NCBI GenBank assembly: GCA_965223605.1
Contig: CBDCXA010000005.1
Location: forward strand, 254,473 to 318,472
Direction of reading: 5' to 3'
Source of the DNA: Nitrospirales bacterium
GTDB lineage: Bacteria > Nitrospirota > Nitrospiria > Nitrospirales > Nitrospiraceae
DNA: 64,000 nucleotides
Shown: positions 38,934-46,554 of the stretch, piece by piece
How the letters are laid out: each line of letters opens with the position of its first letter
Numbering within the stretch: position 1 is the stretch's first letter
Notes under the pieces: model-generated
What the model was told of the DNA's origin: nothing
The model's database searches: none
The model's input: only the letters and a program-made list of their open reading frames with translations
Translations under genes and position numbers: made by a program

Positions 38934-39602
38934 TTAAGACGTTGATGGATGCAGCGCCTGTACCATACAGAGGGCGATACAGGCCAGGCCTCTCGTTTCC
39001 CCTTGCTGTTCCTGAGCTCCTTGCCCACATTGCCGCTCCCGGGCAAACTGCTGCAGGACCGGGATGTGCGATTCTAAATCAAAATCGTACAAAAGATACA
39101 CCTGAATAGGGACATTGGGCTCCTGTTTGGCTGGAACGGAGAGTATGAGGACTTGCCGACCCGCACCATCTTCGATAATGGCCGTATGCACGCCCCCTTC
39201 AGGAATAGGGACATCTTTAAGAACAGTATCAAGGAGCACCGTACGCTTTACCAGATGTTCAGGAGGAGCAATGGGCCTTACCCCAAGACGAATATTCAGT
39301 GAAGAGAAGTCTGGTGCGTGGAAACGTTCATCCTCGGCTGAGAGTATGGGGTGCGACTCGGACCCATAACTTGTTGGCAACAGACCAAAATAGAAGATTG
39401 TCAGGAATAAACCTAAGACCAAATTCATAAGAAATCCCACAAGAAATACGGAAGAACATCGTGGAAACCATTTATCTCCTGAGAGATATATCTTCAACTG
39501 TTTTTCTCTCATGCCCGTTAACTCGTGAAAAGATTTATATAATATCGTTCCTCCCTTAAGACTGTCCAGAGAGCTGGAGTGTAGATGTTTGCCCACCGTC
39601 AC
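38934..39602 (-). CDS. hypothetical membrane-anchored protein
   Basis: 222-aa ORF (GTG start; an internal ATG at 39512 is plausible) with one TM helix (VFLVGFLMNLVLGLFLTIFYFGLL). It lies immediately upstream of the helicase-like gene. No family recognised. Confidence 0.45.
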   Translation of the reverse strand: MTVGKHLHSSSLDSLKGGTILYKSFHELTGMREKQLKIYLSGDKWFPRCSSVFLVGFLMNLVLGLFLTIFYFGLLPTSYGSESHPILSAEDERFHAPDFSSLNIRLGVRPIAPPEHLVKRTVLLDTVLKDVPIPEGGVHTAIIEDGAGRQVLILSVPAKQEPNVPIQVYLLYDFDLESHIPVLQQFARERQCGQGAQEQQGETRGLACIALCMVQALHPSTS

Positions 39603-39705
39603 TAAGGAAAAACCTGACTAATATGACCTATGATGAATCGAATTGACTTTTCCAGGTCCGGCCAGTATCCTCTTTTCTTTCCATAAAATAGAGGGAGTGC
39701 GTGCT

Positions 39706-40221
39706 ATGAAAGTCATTCTGCAGGAGACAGTCGAAGGCCTCGGTCATTTAGGTGACCTGTTGGAGGTCAAAAACGGATATGCCAGAAATTATTTGTTACC
39801 TCGCAAAAAAGCGTTAGAAGCCAATAATCGCAACGTCAAAGCCCTAGAACATGTCAAACGCGTCACCGCCGAGCGAGCCAAAAAAGAACGAAATGAATTT
39901 GAAGACTTGGCCAAGAAGATTTCGGCCGTTTCTCTTTCCTTCTCGGTGAAGGTGGGAAAAGACGATAAAATGTTCGGGTCGGTTACGTCCAAAGATATTG
40001 GAGAAGGGTTAGCAGAAAAGGGGTTTACGGTCGATAAACGAAAAATCCTACTCGACCATCCGATTAAGGAATTGGGTACCGTCACGGTTCCGATCAAGGT
40101 CTATAAAGATGTGACGGCGACCGTTCCGGTTCACGTCACCAAAATAGAAGAGCCCGCTAAAGAGGCCGAACCGACAGAGGCCACCAAAGAGGAATCGGCG
40201 GCAGAAGGAACCCCGGAATGA
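39706..40221 (+). CDS. rplI: 50S ribosomal protein L9 with acidic C-terminal extension
   Basis: [36 protein letters not shown] is the canonical L9 N-terminus. The ORF track starts earlier, at a TTG (39643). Confidence 0.9.
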   Translation: MKVILQETVEGLGHLGDLLEVKNGYARNYLLPRKKALEANNRNVKALEHVKRVTAERAKKERNEFEDLAKKISAVSLSFSVKVGKDDKMFGSVTSKDIGEGLAEKGFTVDKRKILLDHPIKELGTVTVPIKVYKDVTATVPVHVTKIEEPAKEAEPTEATKEESAAEGTPE

Positions 40222-41495
40222 ATAAAGCCGTTGGGGCCCTGAAGGATTTAAAAGCCATAGACCCAGAGGTCTATAAGGCTATTCGCGCTGAGGAACGACG
40301 TCAGCGGGAAAAGTTGCTGTTGATTGCATCTGAAAATTTTGCCAGTTCCGCTGTGCTGGCTGCTCAAGGCAGCATCATGACGAATAAATATGCTGAAGGG
40401 TACCCGCACAAACGCTACTACGGTGGATGTCAATATGTGGATGTCGTTGAAGAATTAGCGATTCAACGGGCTAAGGAAATATTCGGTGCCGAACATATAA
40501 ATGTACAGCCTCACTCCGGCTCGCAAGCCAATATGGCGGTGTATCTCTCTGTCCTGAAACCTGGAGATACGATCCTCGGATTAGATTTGGCACAAGGCGG
40601 GCATCTCACCCATGGCAGCCGTGTAAACTTTTCCGGGAAATTGTTCACCTCGCACTTTTATGGGGTGGAGCGAGATTCAGAAACGATCAACTATGACGCG
40701 GTCCAAAAAATTGCAGAGGAATGTCGTCCGCGCATGCTCGTGGTCGGGGCGAGTGCCTACGCTCGCACACTCGACTTTCCCAAATTTCAACAGATCGCTC
40801 AATCGATTGGAGCCTATCTCCTCGTAGATATTGCCCATATCGCCGGACTCATTGCCGCAGACCTTCATCCAAGTCCAGTGCCCTATGCCGATTTTGTGAC
40901 AACCACCACACACAAGACCCTGCGTGGTCCACGTGGCGGCATGATTATGTGCAAGGAAGAGCATGCCAAGGCGATCAACAAAACGATTTTTCCAGGATCG
41001 CAAGGTGGCCCCCTGATGCATGTGATTGCGGCGAAGGCGGTCGCCTTTAAGGAAGCCCTCTCGCCAGCATTTAAAATCTACCAACAACAGGTCATCAAAA
41101 ATGCAAAGGCACTTGCTCAGCATTTACAAGATCGTGGCTATCGCGTCGTTTCCGGAGGCACGGATACGCATTTGATGTTGGTGAACCTCACCAGCAAAGG
41201 CATCACCGGCCGTGACGCAGAGTCTGCACTCGACCTCGCTGGTATTACGGTCAATAAGAATGCAATTCCCTTTGATGAAAAACCACCTGCCGTGGCGAGT
41301 GGAATCAGAATTGGCACACCGATGGTCACTACACGCGGTATGCGGGAATCCGAAATGCAAGACATCGTGTCATTGATGGACGATGTGTTACGCCAGCCCA
41401 AAGATCGGGCGGTCCGACGCGAAGTCAAACAGAAAACAAAAGCCTTGTGCAAACAATTTCCTATGTTTCATGATTATGGTGCAGGAGCCTCCTGA
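40218..41495 (+). CDS. glyA: serine hydroxymethyltransferase
   Basis: 425 aa. [21 protein letters not shown] and the PLP site [15 protein letters not shown]. Confidence 0.95.
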   Translation: MNKAVGALKDLKAIDPEVYKAIRAEERRQREKLLLIASENFASSAVLAAQGSIMTNKYAEGYPHKRYYGGCQYVDVVEELAIQRAKEIFGAEHINVQPHSGSQANMAVYLSVLKPGDTILGLDLAQGGHLTHGSRVNFSGKLFTSHFYGVERDSETINYDAVQKIAEECRPRMLVVGASAYARTLDFPKFQQIAQSIGAYLLVDIAHIAGLIAADLHPSPVPYADFVTTTTHKTLRGPRGGMIMCKEEHAKAINKTIFPGSQGGPLMHVIAAKAVAFKEALSPAFKIYQQQVIKNAKALAQHLQDRGYRVVSGGTDTHLMLVNLTSKGITGRDAESALDLAGITVNKNAIPFDEKPPAVASGIRIGTPMVTTRGMRESEMQDIVSLMDDVLRQPKDRAVRREVKQKTKALCKQFPMFHDYGAGAS

Positions 41496-41510
41496 CGTGG
41501 GAGCATCCGT

Positions 41511-41975
41511 GTGAAGTGTCCCTTCTGCGACGAATTCGAAGATAAAGTCGTTGATTCGCGAATGGCCCGTGAAGGGGAGGTCATCCGACGTCGGCGAGAA
41601 TGTTTAAGTTGTAAGCGGCGCTACACCACCTACGAACGCGTCGAAGAAAGTCTTCCGCTTGTCATTAAGAAGGATGGACGCCGAGAGCCCTTCGATCGAC
41701 TCAAGATCCTCTCTGGGTTGAAAAAAGCCTGCGAAAAACGTCCCATTAGTATTACCACCATCGAAACGGTTTCCGATCAAATCGAAAAACAAATTCAAGA
41801 AATGGGCGAAACCGAAATATCGAGCCGGACCGTCGGTGAGGAAGTCATGCGACACTTACACCAACTCGATCAAATTGCCTATGTTCGATTTGCCTCAGTC
41901 TATCGTGAATTTAAAGATATCGATCAATTCATGGATGAAATCAAGGCGTTGGCTCACGAACGACGTGAAAAGTAA
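41511..41975 (+). CDS. nrdR: transcriptional repressor NrdR
   Basis: GTG start. Zn ribbon CPFC...CLSC, followed by an ATP-cone. Confidence 0.9.
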   Translation: MKCPFCDEFEDKVVDSRMAREGEVIRRRRECLSCKRRYTTYERVEESLPLVIKKDGRREPFDRLKILSGLKKACEKRPISITTIETVSDQIEKQIQEMGETEISSRTVGEEVMRHLHQLDQIAYVRFASVYREFKDIDQFMDEIKALAHERREK

Positions 41976-42087
41976 AAAAAGTAATGAGTGGGCCGTCCCG
42001 CCTATCCGAATGGTCCCATCCCTGCCTCACGACTCCATTGGTCAACCAGCTCTCCAGGCCCTCCACGATCAACAATAAGGAGGAGGG

Positions 42088-43218
42088 ATGACTGCTATGG
42101 CTCTTGCCAAGAAACCAAAAACATCGACCCCACGCACCGCCACGACGAAACGTAAATCCTCGTCATCAACCAAAGTGGCTATCATTGGAGCCGGGCGAGG
42201 CGGGACCGCGCTCATGGAAATTTTTGCCCAAGACCCGTTGGTCCAAATTGTCGGTCTGGCAGAAATCAATCCCAAAGCAAAAGGCATTGCGCTGGCTCGG
42301 CAATTAAAAATTCCCATTGTCCAAAATTACCGTGAACTCTTCTCCATGGAAAATGTCGAATTGGTCATTGATGTCTCGGGTGATGCTGACGTTCAACGAT
42401 ATTTAAAAAATTTCAGAGGCCGGAAGGTCGCGATTATCGGAGCCGCCAACGCCAAGTTTATGTGGCAATTGATTGAAGCGCGCATCAGGGCTACGGGGGA
42501 AATTGAAAAGACCCTGAATAAATATCAATCCCTCTACCAACTCTATGTGAAGGAAGCGGGGGCCGCGGTGACTGAAGAACGAACTAGGATCGCTTGTGAA
42601 ATTCATGACGGGTTGGTGCAAAGTCTGGCCGGGGTAAATTTTAAATTGGACCTGTGCGAAGAATTGGTTCCCAAAGATCCAAAGGCCTGCTCCAAAACCC
42701 TTCGTGAAACCAAAGCCCATTTAAAATTGGCCATTCAAGAAGCACGACAGGTGATTTTCAACTTGCGCCCCGTGCAATTTGAAAAGATGGAACTCATTCC
42801 AGCCCTCACCAATTATCTCCAATCGTATGAAACTCAATATCATACGACCACAAAATTTTCCGTGAAGGGAAACGAACATACCATCTTTCCTAAAACGAAA
42901 ATATTTCTCTTCCGGATTCTCCAAGAAGTCCTCAGTAATGTTCAAAAACATGCCAAAGCGAAGGAGGTCTCAGTTGATTTGGTCATCGGTCGGGAGACTT
43001 TGACCGTCACCATGGCTGATAATGGTATAGGGTTCGATATGAAAGCCATTGCACAAGATCCTGAAAAATGGGATCATTTCGGATTGCGTGGGATTGTAGA
43101 ACGTGCCAAACTCGTCGGAGGCGAAGCAACCATACAGTCAAAAAAAGGCAAGGGCACTCGAGTCACGATTAAAGTCCCGCTCGTAAAGAAGGAGGCCGTG
43201 ATTGATGGAACGCATTAA
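42088..43218 (+). CDS. cytoplasmic HisKA_3-type sensor histidine kinase with N-terminal Rossmann-like (GxGxxG) domain
   Basis: KVAIIGAGRGGTALMEIF...VELVIDVSGD, then the H-box ERTRIACEIHDGLVQSLAG and HATPase motifs (DNGIGF, GLRGIVERA). No TM helix. Confidence 0.8.
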   Translation: MTAMALAKKPKTSTPRTATTKRKSSSSTKVAIIGAGRGGTALMEIFAQDPLVQIVGLAEINPKAKGIALARQLKIPIVQNYRELFSMENVELVIDVSGDADVQRYLKNFRGRKVAIIGAANAKFMWQLIEARIRATGEIEKTLNKYQSLYQLYVKEAGAAVTEERTRIACEIHDGLVQSLAGVNFKLDLCEELVPKDPKACSKTLRETKAHLKLAIQEARQVIFNLRPVQFEKMELIPALTNYLQSYETQYHTTTKFSVKGNEHTIFPKTKIFLFRILQEVLSNVQKHAKAKEVSVDLVIGRETLTVTMADNGIGFDMKAIAQDPEKWDHFGLRGIVERAKLVGGEATIQSKKGKGTRVTIKVPLVKKEAVIDGTH

Positions 43219-43873
43219 GGTCTTAATCGCAGACGATCACCGGGTGGTGCGGGAAGGGCTCGTCGCCATTCTCAAAACGAAAGAAAATATTGCCGTGGTG
43301 GGGGAAGCCCAAGATGGACAAGAGGCCATTGAGAAAACACGAACCCTCCTGCCCGATGTCATTTTAATGGATGTCAGCATGCCGAGAATGGGCGGAGTGG
43401 AGGCCACCCGTCAAATCAAACGGGAATTTCCCCACATCGGAATCATTGCCCTCACCATGTACGATGAACAGCAGTATATTTTTGATCTCGTGCGGGCGGG
43501 GGCCACCGGCTATCTATTAAAAGATACCGATTCGTCACAAATTGTTGCAGCGATCCGGGCCATCTATCGGGGTGAATCACTGATCCATCCCTCCGTCGCA
43601 AGTAAAATTCTTGCCGAGTTTTCCCTCATGTCTCAGAAGAAGGGAAAGAAATCTGGCGTCGAACATGATCTAACGGAGCGTGAAATTACTGTGCTTCGGT
43701 TGGTGGCCGAGGGTAAAACGAATAAAGAAATCGCCAATGTACTTGATTTGAGTGAGAAAACCGTCAAAAACCATGTTCGCAATATCTTTCATAAATTACA
43801 GGTCTATGACCGAACGCAAGCGGCAATCCTGGCTATTCGTAAGGGACTCATCGAACTCGATCCACGACCTTAA
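43205..43873 (+). CDS. NarL/FixJ-type (LuxR HTH) response regulator
   Basis: VLIADDHRVVREG, VILMDVSMPRMGG and LTEREITVLRLVAEGKTNKEIANVLDLSEKTVKNHVRNIFHKL. It overlaps the kinase stop. Confidence 0.9.
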   Translation: MERIKVLIADDHRVVREGLVAILKTKENIAVVGEAQDGQEAIEKTRTLLPDVILMDVSMPRMGGVEATRQIKREFPHIGIIALTMYDEQQYIFDLVRAGATGYLLKDTDSSQIVAAIRAIYRGESLIHPSVASKILAEFSLMSQKKGKKSGVEHDLTEREITVLRLVAEGKTNKEIANVLDLSEKTVKNHVRNIFHKLQVYDRTQAAILAIRKGLIELDPRP

Positions 43874-44081
43874 TTTTTTGACGACCATCACTTCTCCAGT
43901 TTGATATACTTCCTCGCTCCCGAGGTTTCCAGGGAACCATTCAAGACAATTTTTTTCGGCCTAATGAGTTTACCCTACTATATATAGGGTAGGTCTCAAG
44001 AAAACTTGACCCAAAATTGTCACCATTTTCATGTATCACTTTAATTTTGTGTCAGATTTACCTGATCTATCACTAAAGAAA

Positions 44082-44104
44082 AGACAACACTTGTCTGTTT
44101 TTTG
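44082..44104 (+). terminator. weak terminator-like hairpin inside the AT-rich lpxC leader
   Basis: AGACAA-CAC-TTGTCT followed by GTTTTTTT. The stem is only 6 bp. Confidence 0.3.
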
Positions 44105-44227
44105 CCACATGTTGTTTTTTCTTATTATTTATTTTTTATAATAATTTTCAACAACTTATATGGACATTTTATTTGGTACGTTAGTTGCTTGATTAAAGGT
44201 GAGTCAAAAGTTATTTGTGTATTCATT

Positions 44228-45175
44228 ATGAGAAACCAACAAACATTACAGCAATCAATATCTTGTGTGGGTGTCGGGCTCCATTCCGGTCAGCCGGTCA
44301 CGATGACCTTGCAACCGGCCCCTCCCAATACAGGCATCGTCTTTCTCCGCCAGGATGCCGAACAACAGGTTTCCATACGAGCTACAGTCAAACACCTCGT
44401 TCCATCAGAACTTTGCACCGCTCTCCAGGTCAATGGAACCCACATTCAAACGGTTGAACATCTTCTTTCGGCCTTAGCCGGAACGGAGATCGATAATCTG
44501 TTTGTAGAATTGGATGGTGGTGAAATTCCAGCCATGGATGGAAGCGCCGGAGCCTTTGTCCGTCTTATCCAGTCTGCAGGTATTGTGGCTCAAGAATGTC
44601 CTCAACCCTTTTTAAAAATAATGGAACCCATTGAAGTGGTTGATGGCAATCGACTGGTCAGGATTGAACCCTCCTTGACCCCCAAAATTACCTATATGAT
44701 TGAATACAATCACCCACTTATTGAAACGCAACGGTACGAATATGACTTTTCCGTTTCAACGTTTGAGCGTGAAATAGCCGGAGCTCGTACCTTTGCCTTT
44801 TTGAAGGAAGTCGAAGCCCTCTGGTCGCGCGGTCTTGGGAAGGGTGGCTCCCTTGAGAATACGGTGGTTCTTTCAGATGATGGAATTATGAATAATTCCG
44901 GTTTGCGGTACAAAGATGAGTTTGTACGTCATAAGGTCCTCGACCTCATCGGAGACCTCTCACTTCTCGGCATTCCATTTATTGGGCATCTGACGGCTCA
45001 ACGGAGCGGGCATGCCATGCATACGAAGCTCGTGGAACAAATCCTCGCCCAACCCGAAAAATGGATGCTTCTCAATGCCCCAGAAGAGGCCGAGCGGACG
45101 ACCTCCCGGTTTACCCTCAAAAGCCGCAAACAACCAGCCCCAACTGTGGCTGTGCAGCCTTCGCCAGCATTCTAA
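44228..45175 (+). CDS. lpxC: UDP-3-O-acyl-N-acetylglucosamine deacetylase
   Basis: Start chosen at MRNQQTLQQSISCVGVGLHSGQPV. TVEHLLSAL, the EIP..DGSA context, FVRHKVLDLIGDL and GHAMH motifs. The upstream part of the ORF (from 44102) is AT-rich and unlikely to be translated. Confidence 0.9.
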   Translation: MRNQQTLQQSISCVGVGLHSGQPVTMTLQPAPPNTGIVFLRQDAEQQVSIRATVKHLVPSELCTALQVNGTHIQTVEHLLSALAGTEIDNLFVELDGGEIPAMDGSAGAFVRLIQSAGIVAQECPQPFLKIMEPIEVVDGNRLVRIEPSLTPKITYMIEYNHPLIETQRYEYDFSVSTFEREIAGARTFAFLKEVEALWSRGLGKGGSLENTVVLSDDGIMNNSGLRYKDEFVRHKVLDLIGDLSLLGIPFIGHLTAQRSGHAMHTKLVEQILAQPEKWMLLNAPEEAERTTSRFTLKSRKQPAPTVAVQPSPAF

Positions 45176-45257
45176 GTATCTCCCCTGTTCTTGACGATCC
45201 AACTGATATTCTTTTGGTACCAACCAGCACCTTTCTCTACCTATAATCGCCACGAGA

Positions 45258-45305
45258 CAAAAAAATACGCCGAGAGCGAGAGACCTCGCTCACGGCGCAT
45301 TTTTA
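45258..45305. terminator. bidirectional intrinsic terminator
   Basis: A 13-bp stem (45268-45280 with 45285-45297, one mismatch) and a 4-nt loop. It is followed by a T5 run on the + strand and by TATTTTTTTG on the - strand. It lies between convergent lpxC and the Lys-rich micro-ORFs. Confidence 0.7.
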
Positions 45306-45314
45306 GGCAGGAAG

Positions 45315-45362
45315 TTACTTCTTTTTCTTCGTCTTTGTAGCTGCTTTCTTCTTCGTTGCCAA
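45315..45362 (-). CDS. Lys/Ala-rich micro-ORF 1 (MATKKKAATKTKKKK, 15 aa from TTG; 18 aa if the GTG at 45371 is used)
   Basis: Not in the ORF track because it is below 60 aa. GGAGG lies 8 nt upstream of the TTG. It is a paralog of micro-ORF 2 with synonymous differences. Confidence 0.45.
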   Translation of the reverse strand: MATKKKAATKTKKKK

Positions 45363-45516
45363 TACCCTCACCTCCCCTCCTGATTGAAAATAATACTCAT
45401 CTGAGAAGTATGTGCCTTAACCGAAGTTAAGGATAAGGCCAAGGCCCGGTATCCAATCGAAATACCCTGCTACAAAAGGTACCACGATTTGGTGAGGTGG
45501 CAACTAAAACTTGATG

Positions 45517-45579
45517 TTACTTCTTCGCCTTAGGAGCTGCTTTTTTCTTCTTGGTCGCTGCTTTCTTCTTTACTGCCAA
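45517..45579 (-). CDS. Lys/Ala-rich micro-ORF 2 (MAVKKKAATKKKKAAPKAKK, 20 aa from TTG)
   Basis: A G-rich SD-like run (AAGGGGGG) lies 8 nt upstream of the TTG. The N-terminal codons (TTG GCA xxx AAG AAG AAA GCA GCx ACx AAG) are shared with micro-ORF 1. Confidence 0.45.
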   Translation of the reverse strand: MAVKKKAATKKKKAAPKAKK

Positions 45580-45625
45580 TGCACTCACCCCCCTTCATCA
45601 CATAAGTTTCTACGAGGCTCAATCT

Positions 45626-46231
45626 CTACACGGCCGCATTAAGATTTTCGCTTAATGCTTCAAACGTATTGGGCCCCACTTTTCGAAACCGTTTATCACG
45701 CTTTAACGACGTGGCAATTGATGTTATTGGCGTTTTCCCTTTGATCTGAATGCCCCCTTCCACGAGACGTTGGAGCAGCTCCTTTGCATGCATTGAGACC
45801 TTGGCTTCCCGGAGGATCTGATAGGCAGCCTCTGGGACGCTCTTCCCTGCATATTTACTTCGCCCAAGCAAGATTTCCCGTGATTGGTCGGTAACGTCCA
45901 TAACTGGAAGGGGACGGGCCCCCTTTCCATCCGTAATAAGTTGGCTAGACAGACTGGCGAGTTTGGCCTTATCCGCCTCCACGCGGTAGAGGGTTTCAGC
46001 CAATTCCAAATACTTTTTGATCGTCGCGATTTCTTCATCTAAGCGCTTACGCTTTTTCTCCAGTTCCTGATACCTATTTTTATAGGCACTGATCCTCTGT
46101 TCGAGCCCGACGATAATGTCCTTGAGTTCTTCCACAAGCATGACCTCTTGGTTGCATGCTTGCTTTATAGCAAAGCTTGCATTACTTGTCAATAATACTT
46201 CATTGCTTTCTTGACTATTATGCATGCGCAT
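45626..46231 (-). CDS. coiled-coil protein with C-terminal HARE-HTH (RpoE-delta N-terminal-like winged helix) domain
   Basis: The C-terminus SVPEAAYQILREAKVSMHAKELLQRLVEGGIQIKGKTPITSIATSLKRDKRFRKVGPNTF resembles HARE-HTH. The N-terminal half is heptad-rich. The start may be an internal Met near 46141. Confidence 0.65.
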   Translation of the reverse strand: MRMHNSQESNEVLLTSNASFAIKQACNQEVMLVEELKDIIVGLEQRISAYKNRYQELEKKRKRLDEEIATIKKYLELAETLYRVEADKAKLASLSSQLITDGKGARPLPVMDVTDQSREILLGRSKYAGKSVPEAAYQILREAKVSMHAKELLQRLVEGGIQIKGKTPITSIATSLKRDKRFRKVGPNTFEALSENLNAAV

Positions 46232-46554
46232 TTCATATGCTAATAATGAATATATTACTCAAAGATGATTTTAAGTCTGATTATGCAAGTGTATGGAATC
46301 GTCTTTTCTATCAACCTGTCGGTATTTTTTAATGGATAGACCCAATAATTGGTAGTCATTTTTCACAATTCCAAAAAAGCATATTTAATTCAATAAGCTT
46401 AGCATGATTTCCATAAATGTCTATTTTTACAGCATGTTCACTGTGTATTTCTTTTCGTCACCTAAAGCATGCTTGCATTTTTTCTTCCTCTGCTTTCTTT
46501 CTTTGAATGTGGATTACTTGCAAGTTTTGTTTGATATAGGTAAAGTGCCAATAT

